DNA of 64,000 bases from an uncultured Sulfolobales archaeon (GCA_938017505.1 CALIKV010000002.1:12742-76741), one strand, 5' to 3'; positions 9,926 through 20,240 are shown, numbered from the stretch's first letter. Numbers and translations: made by a program. Notes: a model not told the origin generated them from the sequence alone.

Positions 9926-10924
9926 ATGTCAATCCTAGTGCCCCGTGACAAACTAATTGAGATGTACTCCATAATGGTTCTTATAAGGGCTTTCGAGGAC
10001 AGAGCCCACGAGTTATTCGCTGCCGGTAAGCTGCCTGGCTTCGTGCACCTCTACGCGGGTGAGGAAGCCGTCGCTGTCGGGGTTATCTCTAATCTCGTGA
10101 AGGGTGACTACATAACAAGCACTCATAGAGGGCATGGCCACTGCATAGCGATGGGATGCGATATCAAGGGGATGATGGCCGAGCTCTACGGCAAGAGGAC
10201 GGGCATATGTAAAGGTAAGGGCGGATCCATGCACATAGCGGACTTCGAGATAGGCATGCTAGGCGCTAACGGCATCGTGGGTGCAGGGGTCCCTCTGGCC
10301 GTCGGGGCTGCCCTAGCGCTGAAGTACAGGAGCCCTGGGAACGTGGCTGTGGCGTTTTTCGGCGACGGCGCAATGAACCAGGGTTGCGTTATGGAGGCTC
10401 TAAACGTCGCCACCATATGGAAGTTACCTATAGTGTTCACGGTGGAGGACAACCAGTATGCCATATCCATGAGGAGCATGGCGCCCACGAAGTTGCAACC
10501 GCGGGTTGCCACCGCCAGGTCCTTCGCAGAGAGGGCTGTGGGATTCGGCATAACCGCTGTGACTGTGGACGGGATGGACGTACTGGCGGTTTACGAGGCC
10601 GCTAAAGCAGCTATTGAGAGGGCTAGGAGGGGTGAAGGTCCATCCCTCCTAGACTGCAAGACGTACAGGTATTACGGCCACTTCGAGGGAGACCCTATGG
10701 TGTATAGGAGTAGGGAGGAGATAGAGGAGTGGAGGAAGAGAGACCCGATACGGCTGTTTAAGGAGAGGTTAATCAGGATGGGCGTAGCCACGGAGCACGA
10801 GCTCGAGGCATTGCGTGAGAAGGCCCTGAAGGAGGTTGAGGAGGCTGTGAGTCGGGCTGAGGAGGATCCATACCCAGAGCCCTCCGAGGCCTACACAGAT
10901 GTATTTACGGATCCGTATTACTAG
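9926..10924 (+). CDS. acoA: Acetoin/2-oxoacid dehydrogenase E1 alpha subunit
   Basis: STHRGHGH, GGSMH, GDGA..N TPP motif, YRYYGHFEGD. Confidence 0.9.
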   Translation: MSILVPRDKLIEMYSIMVLIRAFEDRAHELFAAGKLPGFVHLYAGEEAVAVGVISNLVKGDYITSTHRGHGHCIAMGCDIKGMMAELYGKRTGICKGKGGSMHIADFEIGMLGANGIVGAGVPLAVGAALALKYRSPGNVAVAFFGDGAMNQGCVMEALNVATIWKLPIVFTVEDNQYAISMRSMAPTKLQPRVATARSFAERAVGFGITAVTVDGMDVLAVYEAAKAAIERARRGEGPSLLDCKTYRYYGHFEGDPMVYRSREEIEEWRKRDPIRLFKERLIRMGVATEHELEALREKALKEVEEAVSRAEEDPYPEPSEAYTDVFTDPYY

Positions 10925-10927
10925 GAG

Positions 10928-11923
10928 GTGATGTTCTTGAGTGAGAGAGTAATCACGTTTGTCGAGGCGTTGAATGAGGCGTTGTCTCTGGAGATGGAGA
11001 GGGATCCCAACGTAATAGTTATGGGCGAAGACGTTGGCGTGTACGGAGGGATCTTCGGAGTTTCCAAGGGGTTGTTAGAGCGGTTCGGTAGTGATAGAGT
11101 CATTGACACACCCATATCTGAGGGAGGGTTTATAGGTGCGGCGATCGGCGCGTCAGCAGTCGGTCTGAGACCTGTGGTTGAGCTGATGTTCGTGGACTTC
11201 TTCGGCGTTACTATGGACCAGATCTACAACCAAGCGGCTAAGATGCGCTACATGTTCGGCGGCAAGATTAAAGTGTGTGTGACAATACGGACGACTATAG
11301 GCGGTGGTCTCTCAGCAGCCGCTCAGCACTCGCAGGTCCTCTACTCGATATTCGCTCACGTCCCTGGTTTAAAGGCGATAATCCCCTCAACACCCTACGA
11401 CGCTAAAGGACTTCTAATCAGCGCTATAAGGGATGACAATCCCAAGGTGTTCTTCGAACACAAACTGCTGTACGGCGTTAAAGGACCTGTCCCGAAGGAG
11501 TCTTACACGATACCTTTCGGGGTTGCCGATGTCAAGAGGGAGGGTTCCGATGTCACTGTGATAGCGCTGGCTTACATGGTTCACGAGGCCCTTAAAGCCG
11601 CTGAGGAGCTAGCTAAGGAAGGCGTGAGCGTGGAGGTGATTGATCCGAGGACTATAGTTCCATTTGATAAAGAGACCGTGTTAAAGTCTGTTAAGAAGAC
11701 GGGGAGGGTTGTCATAGTTGATGAGGACTACGATAGATGTGGGTTCGCGTCATGGGTGGCGGCCATAATAGCTGACGAGGCTTTCGAGTACCTCGACGCA
11801 CCGGTTAAGAGGATCACTACCCCGAACGTCCCGATACCGTTCAGCCCGACGCTGGAGCGTGAGATATTACCTAACGCCCAGAAGATAGTTAAGGCTGTTA
11901 GGCAGGTCGTCAGGAAGATCTAG
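10928..11923 (+). CDS. acoB: Acetoin/2-oxoacid dehydrogenase E1 beta subunit
   Basis: GEDV, DTPISE, AAAQHSQ, FEHKLLY. Confidence 0.9.
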   Translation: MMFLSERVITFVEALNEALSLEMERDPNVIVMGEDVGVYGGIFGVSKGLLERFGSDRVIDTPISEGGFIGAAIGASAVGLRPVVELMFVDFFGVTMDQIYNQAAKMRYMFGGKIKVCVTIRTTIGGGLSAAAQHSQVLYSIFAHVPGLKAIIPSTPYDAKGLLISAIRDDNPKVFFEHKLLYGVKGPVPKESYTIPFGVADVKREGSDVTVIALAYMVHEALKAAEELAKEGVSVEVIDPRTIVPFDKETVLKSVKKTGRVVIVDEDYDRCGFASWVAAIIADEAFEYLDAPVKRITTPNVPIPFSPTLEREILPNAQKIVKAVRQVVRKI

Positions 11924-11980
11924 ACCTAACGAGAAAATTAATTTAATTTTTCTAGCCAAACGTTAGTGGGGAGATAAGGT

Positions 11981-12961
11981 CTGTTTAGGTCTGGCTTGAT
12001 AATAAACCCAGATGCTGGGAAGGATATCAGGAGACTCCTCTCCTCAGCTAGTTACTCAGGTAATTTCACTAAGATAGAGTTAGGCAGGAGAGTTACTCTA
12101 GGTTTAGATAGCGCGGGCGTTGACGAAGTCCTTGTGATGCATGATAACGGTGGGCTAGGGGAGGACGTTGTTGCTTCCTTGGAGGGTAAAATATCGTCAA
12201 GACTGACTTTAATACCCACTAGGGGTACTGGAACGGTTCTAGATACTATAGAGGGTGCTTCAAGAATGAAGGACCTAGGTGTTAAGTCTCTAGTGGTTGT
12301 CGGTGGTGACGGTACTTTAAGGGCGGCTTTTAAGGGAGCTTCTGAGGTGCCTCTAGCCACAGTGAGTGCGGGGACTAATAACGTCACCGGCGCTTTTTAC
12401 GACGCATCACTAGTCGGTTACGCCGCTGGGTTAGTGACGGTCGGAGGGGTTGAGTTAGGGGACGCCGTCAGGAGGGTTAAGCTGCTGGAGGTCTTCGTTG
12501 ATGGGGAACCGCGAGACGTGGCCGTGATAGACGTTGCAGGGATTAGGATCCCCTACGTAGGGGCTAGGGCCGTGTTTGAGGTTGAAAGCATCGCATTCGC
12601 TGTGTTCAGCAAGGGGGAGCCGACAGACGTGGGGCTTGCCTCCATCCTAGGTTTCCTCAGACCGACGGGCTTCGACGAGGATGTCGGCTTCTTAGTGGAG
12701 TTCGGCAACGGTTTCAGCGAGGTCAACGCCTTGATAATGCCTGGGGTCTTCAAGAGGGTGGGCGTTAGGAGGGTGGAGCGGTTGGACGTTGGGAGTCTTG
12801 TGAGCATCCCTCCAGGGACGTACACTCTAGCGCTGGATGGGGAGAGGGAGTTAGAGGTTTGTAGCAGTGACGAGGTTAAAGTGATGCTATCTCGTAAGGG
12901 TCCTCTACTGATAAATGTCCCTAAGGTACTGAGGATCTGTGCAATGAATAAAAACTACTAA
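11981..12961 (+). CDS. acoX: AcoX-like ATP-NAD kinase family protein
   Basis: NPDAGKDIRR, GGDGTLR, SAGTNN, ALDGERE; probable CTG start at 11981. Confidence 0.82.
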   Translation: MFRSGLIINPDAGKDIRRLLSSASYSGNFTKIELGRRVTLGLDSAGVDEVLVMHDNGGLGEDVVASLEGKISSRLTLIPTRGTGTVLDTIEGASRMKDLGVKSLVVVGGDGTLRAAFKGASEVPLATVSAGTNNVTGAFYDASLVGYAAGLVTVGGVELGDAVRRVKLLEVFVDGEPRDVAVIDVAGIRIPYVGARAVFEVESIAFAVFSKGEPTDVGLASILGFLRPTGFDEDVGFLVEFGNGFSEVNALIMPGVFKRVGVRRVERLDVGSLVSIPPGTYTLALDGERELEVCSSDEVKVMLSRKGPLLINVPKVLRICAMNKNY

Positions 12962-12986
12962 ACACATATTGCAGTGGTGTGATCTA

Positions 12987-14147
12987 ATGGTTATTGAGAT
13001 CAAGATCCCTAAACTCGGCTTGACCATGACTAAAGGCTTCATTAAGAAATGGCTGAAAAACGAGGGTGAGAGAGTAGAGAAGGACGAGGCTCTCTTCATA
13101 ATAGAGACTGAGAAAATAACCTCGACAGTGACCTCCCCTGTTTCAGGCTACCTGCTGAAGATACTTGCTGGGGTCGGGAGCGAGGTTCCTGTGGGGCAGG
13201 TAGTGGCTTATGTGGGCGAACCCGGAGAGAGCGTACCTGGCATCACCCCATCCCCCGTTGCTCCAGCACCACTAGCCCCTAAAGTCAAGGCAACACCGAG
13301 GGCCAAGGCTCTGGCCCAGAAGGAGGGGATAGACTTGAGCCTAGTTAAAGGAACAGGTCCTGAAGGTCTAATTACGGAGAGTGATGTGCTGAAATACGTG
13401 CATGAGGCGAGGGCTAAGACCAAGCTCGGACTCAGAGTTAAGGAAGTCATACCCCTAACCCCCTTAAGGAGGACCATAGCGGAGAGGATGACCGCCAGTT
13501 TAAGGGATATGGCTCAGGTAACCCTCTTTAGGGAGGAGAGCGTTGAAACGCTAGTTAAGCTGAAGAACGAGTTAGATCCCATAATACATAGGGAGACAGG
13601 CTTCAGACTGACGTACACGCCGATCTTTATAAAGATAGTCGCTGAGGGCCTCAGGAAGTTCCCATTGATTAACTCAACGCTCGAGGAGGACGCGATTAAA
13701 GTCGTTGATGAGGTAAACGTGGGTTTTGCTGTGGCAGTGGATCACGGCCTCGTGGTTCCGGTTGTCAAAGACGCGGACGTGAAGGACTTAAAGACCGTGG
13801 TCGCTGAGGTTAACGAGCTGGCTCGCAAGGCTAGGGAGGGGGGATTAACGTTGGACGAGGTTCAATGCGGAACCTTCACAATAACTAACCTAGGTATGTA
13901 CGGTGTCGAGGGATTCACCCCAGTGATAAACACGCCTCAGGTAGCTATCTTAGGTATAGGCAGGATAGTCGACAAACCAGTCCTTGTAGGCGATAAGTTA
14001 GTGAGCAAGCCTATGGTAGTGTTTAGCTTGACCTTCGACCACAGAGTCGTTGATGGTCATACCGCCGCGCAATTCTTGGACGCCGTAATAAGGATCATGC
14101 AATCGGAGGAGGAGCTACGTAGGGTGTTAGCAATCCCCTCCCATTGA
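12987..14147 (+). CDS. acoC: Dihydrolipoamide acyltransferase E2
   Basis: Lipoyl domain ETEKIT, peripheral subunit-binding GTGPEGLIT, catalytic DHRVVDG. Confidence 0.92.
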   Translation: MVIEIKIPKLGLTMTKGFIKKWLKNEGERVEKDEALFIIETEKITSTVTSPVSGYLLKILAGVGSEVPVGQVVAYVGEPGESVPGITPSPVAPAPLAPKVKATPRAKALAQKEGIDLSLVKGTGPEGLITESDVLKYVHEARAKTKLGLRVKEVIPLTPLRRTIAERMTASLRDMAQVTLFREESVETLVKLKNELDPIIHRETGFRLTYTPIFIKIVAEGLRKFPLINSTLEEDAIKVVDEVNVGFAVAVDHGLVVPVVKDADVKDLKTVVAEVNELARKAREGGLTLDEVQCGTFTITNLGMYGVEGFTPVINTPQVAILGIGRIVDKPVLVGDKLVSKPMVVFSLTFDHRVVDGHTAAQFLDAVIRIMQSEEELRRVLAIPSH

Positions 14148-14191
14148 TAGATCTGCATTGCCGTGGTCTGATTAGGGATTGAAGATGAGTC

Positions 14192-14252
14192 TTGATGACG
14201 CCCACCGTAGAGCTCCGGAGGTCGTGATGCAACAGTCAGGTTTGAACTCTGA
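14192..14252 (+). ncRNA. Candidate box C/D sRNA
   Basis: TTGATGA ... CGGA ... GTGATGC ... CTGA arrangement in a ~60-nt intergenic stretch; guides longer than usual. Confidence 0.25.
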
Positions 14253-14308
14253 GCAGTTAACCAGCTATCATAAGAAAATTTAAATTAGGAGGAAAAGTAT
14301 ATTTTTGT

Positions 14309-15073
14309 GTGAAACAATTGATAGATTACGAGGCTCTTCATAACGACCTCGTCGGCCTCGTGAAGCTTAAGGGGGAGCCGGTAGGGTTTAAACTCTTCGA
14401 GGATGTCGTTAAGGACATCCCCTACCTTGATAAAAACCTAGCTCTGTGTCAAATAATTAAGCTGGCAGCCGTATACGGCAAGGTCGTAGGCGTTAATGAG
14501 AGCAACGTCGACGCTTGCGTCGTCGGCACATACATCTTGGGCTTCAGAACGCCGCCAGAAGACCTTATGAGGAGGTGGGTGGAGGGTTTCGCATACACGG
14601 AGGAGCTCTTCAAGAAGCTTGTGGAAGGCGTTCACGCAGTGGAGATGGGCAAGTATAAGTCGGGAATCTTCGCGCCTCTAAAATACTTTAAGGAGCTGAG
14701 ATTAGATCCTGACGGAGTGATACTTATAGCTAACTCTGCCCAAGCGTATTTACTGCTGGTAGGGTATTTCGATAGCGTTGGGGTTAAGCCAGCGTCCGAT
14801 TTCAACGGTCATGCGGCGTGCGAGTTAGTCGCTACCTTGATGAAGGGTAAGAGCCCGTGGTTAACGATACCGTGCGGTGGGGCTAGGGCTATAGCTGAAG
14901 CGCAGGACGATGAGCTCTGGCTCAGCATGAAGGCCACCGACTTGCAGAAAGCTGTTGAAAGGCTGAAATCCGTTGGCCTCAAATATCCGCCGCCAGTCTA
15001 CCAAATATTAACTATACCACCCGTTCCAGAACATCCGTTGACGTACTTAATAACGAGGGAGACGTCTAAGTAG
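14309..15073 (+). CDS. DUF169 family protein
   Basis: EPVGFK, LCQ, ACVVG..LG, PDGVI, AAC, PCGGAR pattern. Confidence 0.75.
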   Translation: MKQLIDYEALHNDLVGLVKLKGEPVGFKLFEDVVKDIPYLDKNLALCQIIKLAAVYGKVVGVNESNVDACVVGTYILGFRTPPEDLMRRWVEGFAYTEELFKKLVEGVHAVEMGKYKSGIFAPLKYFKELRLDPDGVILIANSAQAYLLLVGYFDSVGVKPASDFNGHAACELVATLMKGKSPWLTIPCGGARAIAEAQDDELWLSMKATDLQKAVERLKSVGLKYPPPVYQILTIPPVPEHPLTYLITRETSK

Positions 15074-15117
15074 AGCTCATTTTTAAGCCTAATCCTCGCT
15101 ATCGACTCAGAAACTCT

Positions 15118-15654
15118 CTATTCATTCCGATTCCTCAGTGATAGAGTGACTAACGTTGATGGGTTGGAGAGAGTTAGTGTGGCCGTTAGGACTTCCTTGC
15201 TCCCGTTTGTTGAGATGTTTATGATTATCAAGGTCGTGTGTCCTGGACTCAACGCTATAGGCAGTTTCAGCGGGCTTTTCATCGCTTCTCCCCCGGGCTT
15301 CTTAAGGACCACATAGGCGTCTCTCAACGTCTCGTTGTATTGTGATACGACGATCTTGCTCGCGTCGTTAAAGAGCACGGTTATTGTAGTTACGAGTAGC
15401 GCTTGAGAGTACCTGCTCGTAGTGTTTATTATTAAGTTCGAGTTATTCACTGCCCACCACCCACTAACTGACTTAAGTATTGCCTCGCCCTCAGCCCTAC
15501 TCCGGATTACAGCGCTTGCGTGTTGAGCGAACTCTGTAAGCCTGTAGAACAACGCGATCAGGAATGAAACTATAACTATGAACACCAGTATCAAGGCAGC
15601 TACGCCGATCACGGAGCTGATGCCGTCCCTAGATCTTCGACGCGATGCCTTCAA
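15118..15654 (-). CDS. Type IV pilin-like protein (class III signal peptide)
   Basis: Basic leader RRRSRDG followed by hydrophobic ISSVIGVAALILVFIVIV. Confidence 0.7.
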   Translation of the reverse strand: MKASRRRSRDGISSVIGVAALILVFIVIVSFLIALFYRLTEFAQHASAVIRSRAEGEAILKSVSGWWAVNNSNLIINTTSRYSQALLVTTITVLFNDASKIVVSQYNETLRDAYVVLKKPGGEAMKSPLKLPIALSPGHTTLIIINISTNGSKEVLTATLTLSNPSTLVTLSLRNRNE

Positions 15655-16069
15655 TCAAACCACCACTGTGCGAGACCTTAACGTTAACTACGGTGAGGTT
15701 TTCAGGCAATCGGCACACGATCTCGACTATGTCGTAAGGCCTCAGCACAAGGTCTTGGGAGCAGTTCTCGACTAGTGTTTCGTCGACGTAGACGCCGTAG
15801 AGCCTGACCGGGTAAGCTCCTGAAGAGACTATTACGTGTAGGCGGTAGCTTCCATCTATGTACGTGAGGGTAATCACTAAATCCGAGTTCATGCTAACCA
15901 TAAGTCCTGTGAACTCCCTGGACAACGCGGACTCGCTTAAGCTCATCACGGCGTTAAAATGTGCATATATAAGAGCAAGAGCGCCCAGAACCACGATGAG
16001 TAAGATGATATTAGAGACATACGTGCTAACGCCTGAACAAAGCCTAGAGCAAGGCATAACCACCCTCAA
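15629..16069 (-). CDS. Type IV pilin-like protein
   Basis: SG/VSTYVSNIILLIVVLG class III-like signal; beta-rich C-domain. Confidence 0.7.
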   Translation of the reverse strand: MRVVMPCSRLCSGVSTYVSNIILLIVVLGALALIYAHFNAVMSLSESALSREFTGLMVSMNSDLVITLTYIDGSYRLHVIVSSGAYPVRLYGVYVDETLVENCSQDLVLRPYDIVEIVCRLPENLTVVNVKVSHSGGLIEGIASKI

Positions 16070-16397
16070 CCCACTTCAATATTAACATGAGCGATTATAT
16101 TATTAAAAACATAAAAAAAATAGTGATGTGTATGGGTTCGTTGCTTAGTCATTGAGCTTAATAGCTCTTAGCCCCTCCGGGTTCATCGTTATCTATTCTG
16201 AAACCGCTGAGAACGACTCTTTCATAGGGACGTAGGATTTCAATAGCAACTAATATCCCGGTCCCCTCTCAACCCTCGTCATTCCGCAGGAATTTGTCTC
16301 TCGTCCCAGCCCGTTAGCCGATCTACTTAGGTGAGTCTTTATTGACTAGAATTTCTTTAAAGGTTTTTATTCACTCAGAAGAATATATTATTACGGT

Positions 16398-16829
16398 GTG
16401 TTGATAGTGCTTCGATCAGGCGTCTCCCCAATTATAGCTACCATGATACTAATATTGATCGCTATGGCTGCAGGCGTCTTGCTGTGGGTATGGGTTAGCG
16501 GTTACTTGTCAGGAGGTCCGGGGCCACGCCCAGCTCTAGGGGAGAGGATAAAGATAGAGGCGGTTTCGTCTAAAGCGGGTTCTATCAGGGTCTACGTGAG
16601 GAACGTGGGCGATGTGCCGGTTAACGTGAGTTCTGGGTATATCCTAGACATTAACGGAAACTACGTCCTGGGAGGACCTATAGACGGGGTTCAGATCCGC
16701 CCGGGCGAGGTTAAGGACGTGGCGATCCCTTGTGACGGGTCCTTAATGCCGAGCAACATCTACGTGGCTAAGATAGTAACCCAGAGAGGTACGGAGGCTC
16801 TGTACTCGTTCGTATACGTTCATTCCTGA
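16398..16829 (+). CDS. Archaeal type IV pilin (archaellin/pilin N-terminal domain)
   Basis: RSG/VSPIIATMILILIA, VYVRNVG, KIVTQRG. Confidence 0.88.
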   Translation: MLIVLRSGVSPIIATMILILIAMAAGVLLWVWVSGYLSGGPGPRPALGERIKIEAVSSKAGSIRVYVRNVGDVPVNVSSGYILDINGNYVLGGPIDGVQIRPGEVKDVAIPCDGSLMPSNIYVAKIVTQRGTEALYSFVYVHS

Positions 16830-16890
16830 CGAGGCCCAGAAAAATATAAGTCTCCGGATGTTAGAAGTAATAATGGTAATGGGGATTTAG

Positions 16891-18474
16891 GTGAGCTCAC
16901 TCAGTAAGGAGACCGTCAGAGCTAGTTACACTATACCTTCCTTGATTGAAGTAGAAGTTGAGATCAGGGAGGGAGTTGATGGTAAGCTCAAATACTTCGT
17001 GCACGAGCCCGTCTTAAGTGAGTCTGGGAGGGCTCTTCTCAGGAGTTTTATTGATAGAGTCTATCGCGATGCGTCCCTCATGAAGACCCTCTCAACTTAC
17101 GACTTCTCCGACAGGTCTTACAGCGAGGTCTCCAAACTAGTTAAGGATCACCGCAAGAGGGTCTCGTCCACGTTATTCAAGTCTTTTGGCAAGTCCCACG
17201 TTCATCAGCCCGTAGACGAGTCGGAGGTCGCCACTGTAGCTTACTACGTGATGCGCGATCTAATAGGGTACGGTCCTATAGACCCGTTAATTAGGGATCG
17301 GGAGATAGAGGACGTGACGTGCAACGGGGTTGGAATGCCTGTCTACGTATTCCACAGGGAGTTTGAGTGGCTCGAGACTAACGTGGTCTTTTCGGACGCA
17401 GAAGGCCTTGAGAAGGTACTCAGGGTCTTAGCGATTAAGTCCGGTCAGGAACCGTCGATAGCCAATCCCATAGTTGAGGGGGTTCTGAAGCCGGAGGGTT
17501 TTAGGATACATATGGTGTTAGATACCGTCTCGAGGAGAGGTCACTCCTTCTCTATAAGGAGATTTAGAGAAGCACCCTTCACCGTGGTTGAGTTGTTGGG
17601 GAGGGGTACGCTTGACGCAGGTCTTGCGGCGCTCTTCTGGATAGCTGTCGAGAACAAGCAGGGTTTAGTCATCTACGGACCCACGGGCTCTGGCAAGACG
17701 ACGTTGCTTAATGCGCTGGCCATGCTCCTGCCGTCCGAGATGAAGATAGTCAGCGCTGAAGACACCCCTGAGATACACATACCCTTCCACGAGAACTGGG
17801 TTTCAATGGTTACTAGACTCAGTACGGATCCGAGGATCCTGAACGTCACTCTACAGGCTCAGATGGAGTCCGCTATGAGGCAGCGACCAGACGTGTTAAT
17901 ACTGGGTGAGATTAGATCCAGGGAGGCGTACGCGTTCTTTCAAGGGGTCTCGACAGGTCACGGGGGGCTGACAACAGTACATGCAGAGAGCCTCGAGGCT
18001 TTAATGAGAAGGCTGACGTCGCCGCCGATGAACGTGCCTAAGTCAAACCTTGCAGCAACTAAGCTGTACGTCAATGTTTTGAGGATATCCCTGCCTAGCG
18101 GTGTTGTTAGGAAGGTTGTCTACGTCTATGAGGTCGCCGATTATGACCCGTTAAGGGACTTGATAGAATTAAAACTCATCTCAAAGTGGGACTCAGAGAG
18201 TGACTCATGGGTTCTTGACCTAAGGGAAAGCTCAGTCCTCAAGGCCGCGGCTCAGTTAAGCCTGAGTAATTACGAGGATGTCCTCGCTGATTTAATTAGG
18301 AGGGCAACCATCCTTCACTACGCCGCAACGAGGAGGGTCGACATATTTGAGTTTCACTCACTCATTAGGCGCTATAAGAGAGAACCTGACAGGACCTACG
18401 AAGAGCTCAGAGCTTTATTAGGAGACCCCTATAGGTTGATGCTACATGAGTTGGGGGAGAGAAAAAGTCTTTAG
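16891..18474 (+). CDS. Type II/IV secretion-pilus assembly ATPase
   Basis: GYGPIDPL, Walker A GPTGSGKT, EDTPE, RQRPD..LGEIR, TGHGGLTTVHA. Confidence 0.93.
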   Translation: MSSLSKETVRASYTIPSLIEVEVEIREGVDGKLKYFVHEPVLSESGRALLRSFIDRVYRDASLMKTLSTYDFSDRSYSEVSKLVKDHRKRVSSTLFKSFGKSHVHQPVDESEVATVAYYVMRDLIGYGPIDPLIRDREIEDVTCNGVGMPVYVFHREFEWLETNVVFSDAEGLEKVLRVLAIKSGQEPSIANPIVEGVLKPEGFRIHMVLDTVSRRGHSFSIRRFREAPFTVVELLGRGTLDAGLAALFWIAVENKQGLVIYGPTGSGKTTLLNALAMLLPSEMKIVSAEDTPEIHIPFHENWVSMVTRLSTDPRILNVTLQAQMESAMRQRPDVLILGEIRSREAYAFFQGVSTGHGGLTTVHAESLEALMRRLTSPPMNVPKSNLAATKLYVNVLRISLPSGVVRKVVYVYEVADYDPLRDLIELKLISKWDSESDSWVLDLRESSVLKAAAQLSLSNYEDVLADLIRRATILHYAATRRVDIFEFHSLIRRYKREPDRTYEELRALLGDPYRLMLHELGERKSL

Positions 18475-19345
18475 CGCTTTTCTGTCGATCGGCGACGCCG
18501 TAACGCGCTTCATGAGTAAACAGTACCTAAGGCAGCCTGGCTTCGAGGACATCATTGTAGGGTCTGGGATTAGCGCAAGCCCTGAGGAGTATGTGGCTAA
18601 AGCCTCTAAGCTGTCGGCTCTAGCTGTAGTCCTTTCAGCCTTGGTATCTGGCACTTACATGTACACGCTGAGTGGGAGTCCTATCCTATCCTTGGCCGGG
18701 TGTCTAATCATCGCCTTGGCTGCAGTGCTTCCGCTAACCTACGGAGTCTCGTTAGCCGTGCCAGTCCTTGCGTATAAGAGTAGGGGTGAAGTTATTGAGG
18801 CGAGGTTCATCTTATTCGCTTCCCTGGCGTCGTTAACAGCTGCCTCGGAGAAGGACGTGCTCAAGGTTCTCGAGGTTCTTCACCGCAACTATCAGGACGT
18901 GCTCAAGGATTTCGTGGTTGAGCTAAGAATGGTAATATCTCTAGCTAGATTAGGATTACCCCTGCATGAGGCCTTAACTAGGACTGCACGCGTCACCCCC
19001 TCACCCACGTTGAAGGAGGTGTTGCTCGGCCTTTCAGAGTCTGTGAGGATAGGTAGCGGGCCTTTAGGGTTAATGAGCTCGATGACGGAGCGGTACTTAG
19101 ATAGGTATCCTCTGAAGGTTGAAAGAGTTGTTAATGAGCTGGGCGTGATGCTCGAGATCTACCTGACTGTAGCGCTCTTAGTCCCTGTCCTGGTAGGTTC
19201 TCTAGGGGCCCTACTCGTGTTTAGCCCGATGGGGGGTCTTACTTTCGAGTTAGCGGTGTTCATGCTGTCCTACGTGCTAGTTCCGGTCTCGTCCTTAGCG
19301 TCGCTAGTGACTGTGGATGCCATAGTCTCTAAGGCGGTGATCTGA
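18446..19345 (+). CDS. TadC/T2SS-F-like pilus membrane platform protein
   Basis: Multiple TM helices, TPSPTLKEVL motif, overlaps the ATPase gene. Confidence 0.8.
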   Translation: MSWGREKVFSAFLSIGDAVTRFMSKQYLRQPGFEDIIVGSGISASPEEYVAKASKLSALAVVLSALVSGTYMYTLSGSPILSLAGCLIIALAAVLPLTYGVSLAVPVLAYKSRGEVIEARFILFASLASLTAASEKDVLKVLEVLHRNYQDVLKDFVVELRMVISLARLGLPLHEALTRTARVTPSPTLKEVLLGLSESVRIGSGPLGLMSSMTERYLDRYPLKVERVVNELGVMLEIYLTVALLVPVLVGSLGALLVFSPMGGLTFELAVFMLSYVLVPVSSLASLVTVDAIVSKAVI

Positions 19346-19346
19346 A

Positions 19347-20240
19347 GTGAAGGGCCTTCGCAGGACGGTGTGTGTGGTTTCAACGTTCCTGCTCCTGACT
19401 ATCGTAGGGCCGTTGATCATCCCAACCCTCTTAAGCTACGCGGGGCTCCCTATCCCTCAGCAGGGTGCTGGATTCACGTTCTCGACGAAACCCGTTCCGC
19501 TAGTAGTTCTAGTAAACGACGTTACCTACTTGACCGTAGGGTTGGTGGTAAGCGGTATCGCTCTTTCAACCTACATAGGGCTTAGCCCAAAGGTCTCTAA
19601 GGCCGAGAAGATTAGGACGCAGTTGAGTGATGTACTAGGGGTTTTCTTAACTCACGTTGAGGCAGGAGTCCCCGTGATTGAGGCTCTGAGGAGGACTGCT
19701 GAGTTCACTGGAGCCCCGATGTCCGAGTACCTAGAGGCTTATGCGTACTTGATCACAGTTGGCGAGGATCCGTTGAGGGCTGAAGCAGTAGTTACTCAAG
19801 GCTTACCCAGAGAGGCAAGGCTGGTTTTCACCTCGATATCGCAGGCCATTAAGTCTGGCGGCAGGTATGTTGAGGTACTGTCACATGGTGAGAAATACTT
19901 AAGACAGTTGATGAAGCTCAGTGAGATGAGGAGGAGCAGGCTGGCTGAGTACAAACTGATACTCCTACTCTCCGTCTTAGCTTACACTTTCTCAGCTATA
20001 ATCACGTTTAAATTAGTGGGCTCATTAAGCAGTAGCGTAACTAAGCCACCTCTCGTATTCAGCCTGATCGACCTCGAGTTACTGAGGTCTACCTACTACA
20101 TATCTGCACTCATACTAACCTCAATAACTTCAGTGATAGTAAGTAAGGCCGTAGAAGGGAACGTCGTGAAGTCGCTGAAGTACATCTCCTTACTCACGCT
20201 CATGGTAACGGCGATGTTCATAGGATCCCAGGCAATATAG
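19347..20240 (+). CDS. Second TadB/TadC-like pilus membrane protein
   Basis: AGVPVIEAL, AIKSGG, multiple TM helices. Confidence 0.8.
   Translation: MKGLRRTVCVVSTFLLLTIVGPLIIPTLLSYAGLPIPQQGAGFTFSTKPVPLVVLVNDVTYLTVGLVVSGIALSTYIGLSPKVSKAEKIRTQLSDVLGVFLTHVEAGVPVIEALRRTAEFTGAPMSEYLEAYAYLITVGEDPLRAEAVVTQGLPREARLVFTSISQAIKSGGRYVEVLSHGEKYLRQLMKLSEMRRSRLAEYKLILLLSVLAYTFSAIITFKLVGSLSSSVTKPPLVFSLIDLELLRSTYYISALILTSITSVIVSKAVEGNVVKSLKYISLLTLMVTAMFIGSQAI

Noticed and set aside
16080..16390. Possible hidden small gene between the divergent pilins
   Set aside because: No convincing start, SD or motif in the frames examined
15118..20240. Archaellum operon
   Set aside because: No ArlF/G/H homologues; the two Tad-like membrane genes and short pilins indicate a pilus
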